Source: Dendrobates tinctorius (lineage: Eukaryota). Taken from it: a stretch of DNA of 64,000 nt. The notes beneath the pieces were generated by a model, which was not told where the DNA came from, did not search any database, and saw only the letters and a program-made list of their open reading frames with translations. Shown here one piece after another: positions 49,426 through 60,128 of this stretch (position 1 is the stretch's first letter; each line of letters begins with the position of its first letter). The stretch covers positions 11,904,001 through 11,968,000 of the forward strand of contig NW_027361716.1 of assembly GCF_039654945.1 (NCBI RefSeq), given 5' to 3'. Both the position numbers and the translations under genes were made by a program.

Positions 49426-50252
49426 AGCATGTACTGTGACTATAGAGTATACTGGCGGGAGATACAAAATCTGTAAGGTAACCAAAGGTTGGGAGACAGT
49501 GAGTATTGCCTGGCATGGGAGCAGTGGAAGTACCTGCCTCAGGTTGGAATCTTGTGGACAGGGGGCAATGTATTTTGACCATCTACCTCGAGTTGTTGTA
49601 AGACCATGGACATAAGGAATAAAAAATAGTTGCATTGTGTCATGATCCATGCTGGATCAGGACTGATAAAAAGCACAGGTAACCTTTTTTTTTCTAAGCT
49701 ATGCTTAAGTTTGGTTTTTGCCCCCAGTGGCCATTAGGATTATTGCACTGTGGTGCCGTTTGTTCAAGTTTGCCCCCGGTGGTGGTGAGCATCATTGCAC
49801 TCAAGTTTCTTTAGTTAAGTGCACATGATTATAATGCAGGTGTGATTGCTGGCTCTGCTATAAAAGAGTCACAGGTGTTGCAATCAGTGTTGGTGATAGT
49901 GTTCATTTCAACCATCCTTGGTGGAGGAAGGAGCTGGAGAGCGTTCCTTGCAGCACTGTCTTAGCCCTGGTGTGGAAGGAGTCATAGGGGATTTCATTGT
50001 AGCTCTGACAGAGCTTGGTGGCAGCGATTCAGGAGGAGAGCTGCATTCTGGTGGTGGACTCTGTTGCCAGGAGCAAGTGCAACAGAGTAAAGCTAAGTGG
50101 TGTTTCCCCGTTTGTGTTTTTCCTTAGTGTGTATTAGTACAGCGGTGGGGCCAGTGCCTGCGCCACCCAGCTCCCTAGCAAGGAATAGGTGTAGGGTGTG
50201 CTAGGGCGACAGGTTCCTGATTGGCGCCCAGTGCGGAACAGACATAGGGAAC

Positions 50253-51050
50253 TGTTGTGAGTTCATTTTTCCCTTCACCATTGAGGTCTGATGAACTCCC
50301 TCTTCTGGTGAAGGAAGGTAGTGAGGCTGATTACAAAGCACCTGAGCAGAATGATGACGACTGGGTGACTGGAATTTCTGACTGGATATAAAGCAGCCGA
50401 CGCCCTTCTGCCTTGCGAGTGATTTCTCTGAGGGATTCTTGGAGACCAGTCTGATTCCTGCTCCTCAAAAGCTAAATTTTCTGCTCTGCTTTTTGCATTT
50501 GTGTTTTGGTTTTGTTTTGCCTTGTTTTTCTGGATTTCTGCCTTTCCCTGCTGGGTGAGCTGAATTCCTTTTTGCTCTGTCTTCAGAAAATACCTGAGTA
50601 CTGATATAGTCTTTTTGAAGCCTAGCGTCTTCAGGGCTTTTTTCCCTATCAGTCTGTTGGCTCTTGTTTTGAGATGGTTTTGGCGGATTGCAGACAGCAG
50701 CTTTTCTATCCTGTCCTATTTAGTTAGCTTGGGCCCCATCATTTGCTCAGCCTATCTTTCTATCTGTGTGAGTGTTTTTTCATCTTGCTTCACCGTCATT
50801 ATATGTTGGGGGCTGCCTATTGCTTTGCGGTCTGCTCTGGGGCAGTTTAGATTTCCCTTTCTGTCTTTAGGCTATGTAGTTCTCCGGCTGTGATCGAGGG
50901 GTCTAGGGCACCGTAGGAACCCCCCACGGCTACTGCTAGTTGTTGTTGTTAGGTTCAGGGGTCTGCAATCCGATAGCTGCCAACTTCTCTGGTTTTCTGG
51001 ACTTAGCTAGTATTTCTGTTTTTGCCTCCTACGGTGACTCATTCATAACA
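50253..51050 (+). mobile_element. Solo LTR related to the LTRs of 51164-55793
   Basis: tgttgtgag...ttcataaca; TSD gggaac; empty site in the 3' LTR at ~58573. Confidence 0.92.
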
Positions 51051-52036
51051 GGGAACGTTAGGAGCGTTAGGGACACTGACTCAGGGGAGTGCAGGAGGTC
51101 TCCATGTCCCCTTTCCCTATCGCAGGGCCCACCGTCATAACTGTTTTCCCTTCCCCTTGTCTTTGTTATGAATGAGTCACCGAGGAGGAAAAAACAAAAA
51201 GCAAGCTAAGCCCAGAAAACCAGAGAGGTTGGTAACTAGCGGATTGCAGACCCCTGATCCTATCCACACAACTAGCAGTAGCCGTGGAGCGTGCCTACGG
51301 TGGTCCTAGACGCCTCATCACGGCCGGAGAACTAAATAAGCCTAAAGAAAGAAAGGGTAAATCTAAACTGCCCCAGAGCAGACCCCAAAGCAATAGACAG
51401 CCCCCAACATGTATTGTCGGTGAAACAAGATAAAAACACAAACAGAGATAGAAAGATAGGCTGAGCAAACGATGGGGCCCTCACTAACTAGAAAGGACAG
51501 GAAAGAAAAGCTGCTGTCTGCAATCACGCAAAAAACCCTGTCCAAAAATGTCCAACACGTCTGATAGAAAAAGGCCCTGAAGTCGCTAGACTTCAATTCC
51601 CTATATCAGCACTCAGGTATATTCTGAAGACAGAGCAAAAGAGATCAACTGATCAGAGACAAAATGGGGATTCAGCCCAGTCCCAGCCAGGGCTGGCTGA
51701 ACACAAAAACTAAGTAAACCAGACGGAAGCTCATATGAACAATAGCAGAGAAAACTTAGCTTTAAGAAGGCAGGAACCAAACTGGAAACCAGAAGCCACA
51801 GTCAGGAGAAATCACCAGCAAGAAACTAAGGAGTCGGCTGCCTTAAATCCAATCAGAAATTCCTGATGTCCAATCACAGTCCTCTTCCTCAGGTGGCCGG
51901 TTTCTGCCATTTAGATCAGCTTCATTACCTCCCTTCACCAACAGAGGGAGTCCAGATAGAGAACTCACTACTCCTCTGTCAGCACAGCCAGCTCCATAAC
52001 CCTCACCAGAAGCCAGAGGTAAACCCTAAATTGAGC

Positions 52037-52651
52037 TCACAACAGTACCCCCCCTTGAGGAGGGGTCACCGAACCCTCATCCACACCACCGGGCCGATCA
52101 GGATGGGCCCGATGAAAAGCACGAACCAATCTATCGGCATGAATATCAGAGGCAGAGACCCAAGAATTGTCCTCCTGGCCATAACCCTTCCACTTGACCA
52201 AATACTGGAGTCTCCGTCTAGCCAGACGAGAATCCAGTATTTTCTCTACCTCATATTCCACATTAACTTTAACCAATACAGGGTCAGGAGGTGCCGCCAT
52301 AGGAACTACTGGCTCAACATATCTCTTCAACAGCGACTTATGAAACACGTTATGGATCTTAAACGTAACAGGAAGAGCCAATCGAAAAGAAACCGGATTA
52401 AGAATCTCCAAAATCTTGTAAGGTCCAATAAATCTTGGCTTGAAATTTGGAGAAGCCACCCTCATAGAGATATTCTTTGATGACAACCAAACCATATCAC
52501 CCACTTTAAACTGGGGACCAATGGTCCTATGCCGGTTAGAAAACCGCTGGGCCTTTTCCTGGGAGTGAGACAACTTATCCACTACTTGGTCCCAAATCTG
52601 CTGCATTCTCTCTACGACAGTGTCAACACCTGGGCAGGCTGAAGATTCCAC
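52037..52651 (-). pseudogene. Integrase C-terminus with GPY/F and chromodomain
   Basis: RFIGPY; EYEVEKILDSR..QYLVKWKGY..NSWV. Confidence 0.92.
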
Positions 52652-52666
52652 TTGCCCTGAAGAAAA

Positions 52667-53824
52667 TCAAGGATGAAACCCAAAGTTACAGAAAAAGGGG
52701 GACATCAAGGTGGCAGAACTAGCTCTATTATTTAAAGCGAATTCGGCCAAGGGCAAAAATGAAACCCAATCATCCTGATCAGCAGATATAAAACATCTCA
52801 AATAGGACTCCAAAGTCTGGTTTGCTCTCTCCGTCTGCCCATTGGTCTGAGGGTGAAACGCAGAGGAGAAGGACAACTGAATTCCTAGCTTGGAATAAAG
52901 GGCTTTCCAGAATCTGGAAACAAACTGAACTCCTCTGTCCGATACAATGATCTCAGGAATCCCATGCAACCGAACCACCTGTTGTAAAAACAAGGGTACC
53001 AACTCTGAGGAAGATGGCAACTTTGGGAGTGGTACAAGATGGACCATCTTAGAAAATCTATCACAAATCACCCAGATAACAGTCATTCTCTGAGAGACAG
53101 GAAGATCAGAAATAAAATCCATTGAAATATGGGTCCATGGCTTCTTAGGCATCGGCAAGGGCATCAACAACCCACTAGAGCGAGAACAGGGTTTAGACCG
53201 GGAACAAGTCCCACAGGACTGCACAAAATTCCTGACATCACGAGATAAGGCAGGCCACCAAAAAGACCGACTCACCAATTCTCTGGTACCAAAAATACCT
53301 GGATGACCAGCCAATGCGGAGCAATGAACTTCAGACATCACTCTCTTCCTCCACTGGTCAGGAACATACAATTTTCCCATAGGACAACGATCAGGTTTGT
53401 CCTCCTGGAATTCTTCCAGAGCACGTCTCAAATCGGGCGAGATGGCAGAAAGAACTACCCCCTCACCTAGGATGGTAGTAGGCTTGGTCACAATAGGAGA
53501 ATCAGCAAAGAAACTCCTAGAAAGGGCGTCTGCCTTAACATTCTAAGTGCCTGGAAGAAAGGAGACCACAAAATCAAAATGCGTAAAAAGCAAGGCCCAC
53601 CTTGCCTGTCTAGGATTCAAGCATTTGGCCGACTCAAGGTAAATAAAATTCTTGTGGTCAGTGAGGACCACAACTTGATGTCTAGCTCCCTCCAACCAAT
53701 GTCTCCACTCCTCAAATGCCCATTTCATGGCTAACAATTCCCGATTCCCCACATCATAGTTGCGTTCAGATGGGGAGAACTTTCGGGAAAAGAAGGCACA
53801 GGGACAAAACAGCTCCTGCACCAA
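52667..53824 (-). pseudogene. RNase H and integrase core, frameshifted
   Basis: [16 protein letters not shown]; H..GHPG..CGTC; SMDFI, SDRGVQF, GQTER. Confidence 0.92.
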
Positions 53825-55346
53825 TCTCTGAAGCGTCTACCTCCACCTGAACAGGAAGTGAGACATCAGGTTGCCGCAAAACCGGGGCAGAAGTGAACCT
53901 CCGCTTCAGCTCCTGAAAGGACGAAACAGCCTCTGAAGACCAATTCAGCACATCAGCACCCTTCTTAGTTAAATCAGTCAGTGGTTTAGCAATACCAGAA
54001 AAGTTAGCTATAAATTTACGATAAAAATTAGCAAAACCCAAAAACTTCTGGAGAGCCTTCAAAGAAGTGGGTTGAACCCAATCACAAATGGCCTGTACCT
54101 TGGCCGGGTCCATTTCAATAGTTGACGGAAACAAAATAAATCCCAAAAATGAAATCCTCTGCACACCAAAAAGGCACTTCAATCCCTTAACATACAAGGA
54201 ATTCACTCTCAAAATCCGGAACACAGTCCAAACATGTTCCACATGAGAATCCCAATCCTTGGAAAAGATCAAAATATCATCCAGATAGATGATCAAAAAC
54301 TTATCCACAAAGTCCCGGAAAATATCATTCATGAAGGATTGGAAGACAGAAGGGGCATTAGTGAGCCCAAAAGGCATCACCAGGTACTCAAAATGTCCCT
54401 CCGGAGTATTAAACGCCGTCTTCCATTCATCCCCATGCTTGATGCAAATAAGATTATACGCCCCCCTGAGGTCAAGCTTAGTAAGCCAGCAAGCACCTTT
54501 AACTCTGGAGAATAGATCAGAAATCAGGGGTAACGGATACTGATATTTAACCGTAATTTTGTTGAGGGAACGATAATCAATACAAGGCCTTAATGAACCA
54601 TCTTGCTTGGCCACGAAAAAAAAAACAGCACCTAATGGTGAAGAGGATGGTCTAATATGACCCTTCTCCAACGACTCCTTAATATAAGATCGCATAGCCT
54701 CGCGTTTGGGTGCAGATAAATTGAAAAGTCGACCCTTGGGAAATTTACACCCAGGTCTCAACTCAATTGCACAGTCATAACTCCTATGAGGAGGCAAAGA
54801 CGCAGACCTGCTCTCACTAAATACATCATAAAAATCAGCGAAATAGTCAGGAACATCATGCGACTGGGGAGAGGTGGAGAAAACAGGAGTGTCGCCAAGA
54901 GCAAACCGACAACCCCAACTCACCACAGACACAGATTTCCAATCCAAAACCGGACTATGGATTTGCAACCAGGGAAAACCAAGAACAATGGTATCATGTA
55001 AATTATGCAACACCAAAAATCTGCAATTTTCTTGATGGTCTGGGGCGACCCGCATTATCACCTTGGTCCAAAACTGAGGTTTATTCTTCGCCAAAGGAGT
55101 AGCATCAATACCCCTCAAAGGAATAGGCATCCGCAGAGGTGTCATAGGAAAACCACAATGTTTAGCAAAATCCAAGTCCATCAGATTCAAGGCCGCTCCT
55201 GAATCCACAAAAGCCTTCACGGAAAATGTGGATAAGGAGCAGATCAGAGTAATTGCCAAAAGAAACTTAGGTTGTACGCAAAAAACCCTGCCAAAAAATG
55301 TCCAACACGTCTGATAGAAAAAGGCCCTGAAGTCGCTAGACTTCAA
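53766..55346 (-). CDS. Protease plus reverse transcriptase ORF fused to LTR sequence
   Basis: FVDSGA, CIDYR, MPFGL, YLDD, VDAS; first ~24 codons are LTR-derived with a TTG start. Confidence 0.85.
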   Translation of the reverse strand: MKSSDFRAFFYQTCWTFFGRVFCVQPKFLLAITLICSLSTFSVKAFVDSGAALNLMDLDFAKHCGFPMTPLRMPIPLRGIDATPLAKNKPQFWTKVIMRVAPDHQENCRFLVLHNLHDTIVLGFPWLQIHSPVLDWKSVSVVSWGCRFALGDTPVFSTSPQSHDVPDYFADFYDVFSESRSASLPPHRSYDCAIELRPGCKFPKGRLFNLSAPKREAMRSYIKESLEKGHIRPSSSPLGAVFFFVAKQDGSLRPCIDYRSLNKITVKYQYPLPLISDLFSRVKGACWLTKLDLRGAYNLICIKHGDEWKTAFNTPEGHFEYLVMPFGLTNAPSVFQSFMNDIFRDFVDKFLIIYLDDILIFSKDWDSHVEHVWTVFRILRVNSLYVKGLKCLFGVQRISFLGFILFPSTIEMDPAKVQAICDWVQPTSLKALQKFLGFANFYRKFIANFSGIAKPLTDLTKKGADVLNWSSEAVSSFQELKRRFTSAPVLRQPDVSLPVQVEVDASEIGAGAVLSLCLLFPKVLPI

Positions 55347-55914
55347 TTCCCTATATCAGCACTCAGATATATTCTGAAGACAGGGCAAAAGAGATCAACT
55401 GATCAGAGACAAAATGGGGATTCAGCCCAGTCCCAGCCAGGGCTGGCTGAACACAAAAACTAAGTAAACCAGACGAAAACTCATATGAACAATAGCAGAG
55501 AAACTTAGCTTTAAGAAGGCAGGAACCAAACTGGAAACCAGAAGCCACAGTCAGGAGAAATCACTAGCAAGAAACTAGGGAGTCGGCTGCCTTAAATCCA
55601 ATCAGAAATTCCTGATGTCCAATCACAGTCCTCTTCCTCAGGTGGCCGGTCTCTGCCATTTAGATCAGCTTCATTACCTCCCTTCACCAACAGAGGGAGT
55701 CCAGATAGAGAACTCACTACTCCTCTGTCAGCACAGCCAGCTCCATAACCCTCACCAGAAGCCAGAGGCAAACCCGAAAATAAGCTCACAACAGTCTTGT
55801 TGTTTTAGTTACCGGCCTGCGAGCCGTGTCACACAGGACAGTATCACGTGCCACGTCTTGTTGTTTTAGTTACCAGCCTGCGGGTCGCATCACACAGGAC
55901 GGGTCCACGTGACA

Positions 55915-55925
55915 TTATCACCAAC
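55915..55925 (+). promoter_or_regulatory. Self-priming type PBS
   Basis: ttatcaccaac is complementary to gttggtgatag (49889-49899), located 30 nt after the LTR TATAAAA (49859). Confidence 0.7.
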
Positions 55926-55949
55926 CGACAACTTTTTTTCTGCTGAGCC

Positions 55950-57932
55950 ATGGACCCAGTTCAGACCTTTGCCCAAATGCAGCAGACCCTTACTAATGAG
56001 ATTAGGGGGCTGCGTGGAGGGTTAGTGCGGCAGCTGCAGCTGTTGGTGGGCTCTGGGGGCTTGGTTCAGGAACAGGCTCAGCCAGAACCCAAGATATCCC
56101 TCCCTGACAGATTTTCTGGAGGGAGAGATCAATTTTTGCTGTTTCAAAAAGCCTGTAAATTGTATTTCAGGCTGCGCCCTCGTTCATCAGGGAGTGAGGA
56201 GCAACAGGTGGGAATCATTATGTCCCTTCTTAAAGGGGATCCCCAATCCTGGGCCTTCTCCCTACCGGACGATTCTCCATCTTTAGAGTCCGTGGACAAG
56301 TTCTTTGCGGCTTTGGCGCTTGTGTATGGGGATCCTGATGGCGTCGCCCTGGTGGAATCCCGAATCCGTAGGTGTAAACAGGGAGCCCGGGTCGCTGAGG
56401 AGTACTTCTCAGAGTATAGGAGATGGGCCACTAATACTCAGTACTCAGTGGAATGACCCTGCACTTAGGAGTCAATTTGTGCAGGGTTTGTCTCCAAAGT
56501 TGCAGGATACTCTGGTGCAGTACGCCGCCCCCAGGTCGCTGGAGGCCGCCATGTCCCTTGCCATCCGGGTGGATAGACGCCTTAGGGAAAGACATATACA
56601 AAAAGTGCCCCCTGATGTCCTCGCTAGGGAGGAGGACCCACCAGTGTGGACGGAGGAACCCAGACAGCCCGGTGTTGTTGATACAAAAAAGGGGGTGTCT
56701 GAGGCTTGTCATGGTGGGGGGTATCCTTTTCCTGTGGGAAGCCTGGCCATTTTATTAGAGCCTGCCCAGTTCATGCTAAGTCTCCTGTCGAACCTATGCA
56801 AGTAGGAGGAGCTAGTTTGTATTCGGACCTGCCTATGGTTCGGGGAGTGGTGTCGGCATGTTTGTACTGTGGGCAGACTGGTCATGTCCTGAAGGCTTTC
56901 CCATTGCGCGCCAAATTATCTGTGCCATCTGAGAAGCCGCATTCCCCTGGTTGCTTGGAGGGAGGCGACCAGGGAGTATACATTTCCTCCATTTTGCCCT
57001 CCCAAGGTACCATGTCAGCAGAGGTCTTGGCTGGCGGGGTACCGGAGGTGATACCGGTATTTGTGGACAGCGGAGCAGGAGTCAGTCTGGTGGATGCTCG
57101 CTTTGTCCAGACTCATGGTCTGAGGTGTAGGACTCTAGCCCAGCCTATAAGCGTCCAGGCCATAAACTCTGTTCCACTGAGCCAGGGGAGCTTGACCAAG
57201 GTCGTAGAAAATATCCATCTGTGTATAGGACATCATGAGGAGTCCTTGTCATGCTACGTCTTAGAGGGAATGCCAGTACCTATTGTTTTAGGCCTCCCTT
57301 GGCTGAAGAGACACAACCCGGTAATAGATTGGCGGGCGAGGGAAGTGGTCAGCTGGGGGCACTCGTGTGAGGGCTGCTGCCTAGGAACTACTGTCTCTGC
57401 CATCTCTCTTCAATGGACCCCTTCCTCTCTGGTGAGGGCAGCGGATGTGCTGCAGGAGAGTAGGGGCAAGTCTCAACCCTCGCCATTGGCCATCCCTGGG
57501 AGGCGCAGACCTCGTGGTGGAAGGGGTTGGAGGGTGGTGTACCCCTTGGTGAGGTGCGGGGGTGTGAGTGTGGTGACACAGGGGGATGCCTCTGTTGTCA
57601 ATCCCAGAAAGAGTTCTCCAAGTGGTGACAAACGAATGAGTGGCAATAAACGTTCAGGTCCGGACCTGTGTGTGAACGAGCGTGTATGGGTGGCCACCAA
57701 AAAACATTTAGTGGAAGTGTGTTGCGGAGTGTTACCAGCTCATACCAAACATACACATACACAACCCGTTCCCCAGGTCAGCGCTTCGGAGATGTGTGTT
57801 GCCTCCAGAACATACGTTGCCAATACCAGCGGGCTCATTTCTCATCAACCTGACATGCAGCTAGTTGCTGGGGTGAACTCTGGGTCTGGGTGTCCCCGCT
57901 GTAGGTGGTTCCCTGCTGGGGAGTGGTCTTGA
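55950..57932 (+). pseudogene. Ty3/PEG10-like gag plus protease with short pol remnants, two frameshifts
   Basis: PEPKISLPDRFSG, WNDPAL..QF, CGKPGHFIRAC, CLYCGQTGH, FVDSGA, VLGLPWL..HNPVIDW; tactcag duplication at ~56435-56448. Confidence 0.88.
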
Positions 57933-59714
57933 GGGTCCAGAGGCCCCTCATTAAGGGGAGGGTACTGTCATGATCCATGCTGGATCAGGACTGATAAAAA
58001 GCACAGGTAACCTTTTTTTTTCTAAGCTGTGCTTAAGTTTGGTTTTTGCCCCCGGTGGCCATTAGGATTATTGCACTGCGGTGCCGTTTGTTCAAGTTTG
58101 CCCCGGTGGTGGTGAGCGTCATTGCACTCAAGTTTCTTTAGTTAAGTGCACATGATTATAATGCAGGTGTGATTGCTGGCTCTGCTATAAAAGAGTCACA
58201 GGTGTTGCAATCAGTGTTGGTGATAGTGTTCATTTCAACCATCCTTGGTGGAGGAAGGAGCTGGAGAGCATTCCTTGCAGCACTGTCTTAGCTCTGGTGT
58301 GGAAGGAGTCATAGGGGATTTCCTTGTAGCTCTGACAGAGCTTGGTGGCAGCGATTCAGGAGGAGAGCTGCATTCTGGTGGTGGACTCTGTTGCCAGGAG
58401 CAAGTGCAACAGAGTAAAGCTAAGTGGTGTTTCCCCGTTTGTGTTTTCCTTAGTGTGTATTAGTACAGCCGTGGGGCTAGTGCCTGCTCCACCCAGCTCC
58501 CTAGCAAGGGATAGGTGTAGGGTGTGCTAGGGCGACAGGTTCCTGATCGGTGCCCGGTGCGGAACCGGCATAGGGAACGTTAGGAGCGTTAGGGACACTG
58601 ACTCAGGGGAGTGCAGGAGGTCTCCACGTCCCCTTTCCCTATCGCAGGGCCCAACGTTGTAACTGTTTTCCCTTCCTCTTGTCTTGTTGTTTTAGCTACC
58701 GGCAGTATCACGTGATGCGTCTTGTTGTTTTAGTTACCAGCCTGAGGGTCGCGTCACACAGGATGGGTCCACGTGACACATTGTTAACCTGCCTAGGTGA
58801 TTATTACTATCCAAAACCTCAGATCTTCACAGTGATAAAGGGTGAAGACTAGGGCAACCCTTGTGATCTGAAAAACGGTGCCAAGTCCTGTTTGTGGTAG
58901 CCCTCTTTAGAGCTGCCAATTGACCATGTACTGTACTCCATTTCCAATTAGCTGTATTGACTAAAAAATCCTAATATGTATGAAGACCTTAACACATCTG
59001 AGGAAAAACAGGGTGTAAGAGGTAGTATCCACACTTATATGAGATGTGATAATACTAGGAACAACTCTGTTTCAATGTCTTGGGATGTGAAAGAATCAGC
59101 TGCAGCTCTTTTTGGATACTCGGTCAGCTGTTGGATGCTGACATTATGTTCAATAATAATTTAAAATAAAAAATATGAATGGGAGTAGCACGGCAGTGCT
59201 GGAGAATTTGAAGTTTCCAATTGAAGCATTTATTTGTACATGGATAGTGCAGGGCTAGGCATTTCAATACTGAATCACTGCCTTCCTTTGGGCCACTTAA
59301 GGCACAGATTAAGTGCAAAACCCATAGCCCTGCTTATTCTATTCCCATTCCTCTTTTTTTATTTTTAAATATTATAGGTGTAATGTATGTTTTAAAAAAT
59401 AAATACCCTATTTAAAAGTGTTATTTAGGCTTACCCATGAAAACTTACAAGGCCATGCTTCAAAATTGTGCCACCAAATAGCACAGATTTTTACATAGTG
59501 ACAAAAGCAGCTACATAACAACCTTTAGTGTTAATTTTGCATGAAAACACCATCTGCTTGACATAACAATCTTAAGCCCAGGATCTCCTATAGTCTGGGT
59601 ATGCTTAATATGATATCTAAAGGTCACACAAAAGGTTTAATTGCTTGCCATACTACTTAAAGGGCTTAGACACTAGTGCAAAAATATTCTCACTTCAGAC
59701 TGTTTGGCTGCCTA

Positions 59715-59853
59715 NNNNNNNNNNNNNNNNNNNNNNNNNNNNNNNNNNNNNNNNNNNNNNNNNNNNNNNNNNNNNNNNNNNNNNNNNNNNNNNNNNNNNN
59801 NNNNNNNNNNNNNNNNNNNNNNNNNNNNNNNNNNNNNNNNNNNNNNNNNNNNN
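59715..59853. other. Assembly gap adjoining a (CTAT)n microsatellite (to ~59904)
   Basis: N run followed by ctat repeats. Confidence 0.99.
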
Positions 59854-59870
59854 CTATCCCATATCTATCA

Positions 59871-59904
<34 letters not shown>

Positions 59905-60128
59905 TTTTAAATTAATAATTATGCAGCACAACTTGTTTTCTACATTTGGGTTGACCCCATACTGTTGTCAGCATTGTATTATGAAGAATATAGCAAATGT
60001 GGCAGAACTGAATAAATTGCCTCGGTCATAAAAAAATGGTCTTGGGAGCTTTGGAATTAATAAATTCAAAAGTATTAGAGTACCATATATATGGTAGTTT
60101 ACATGGTGTAGATCACTGTAGATGTAAA

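Larger units (their letters stand above)
51164..55793 (-). mobile_element. Chromovirus (sushi-like Gypsy) lacking gag, PBS and part of the 5' LTR
   Basis: 3' LTR 51164-52044; partial 5' LTR 55276-55793; 5-bp TSD gtctt; PPT next to 52045. Confidence 0.95.
49638..58778 (+). mobile_element. Non-autonomous chromovirus-type Gypsy element (gag-protease only); 5' LTR interrupted twice
   Basis: LTRs 49638-55914 and 57966-58778; 5-bp TSD cattg; PPT aaggggagggtac. Confidence 0.93.

Noticed and set aside
48516-49637. Additional LTR element around the chromovirus nest
   Set aside because: LTR-like start and a purine tract are present, but I could not find a paired LTR or TSD
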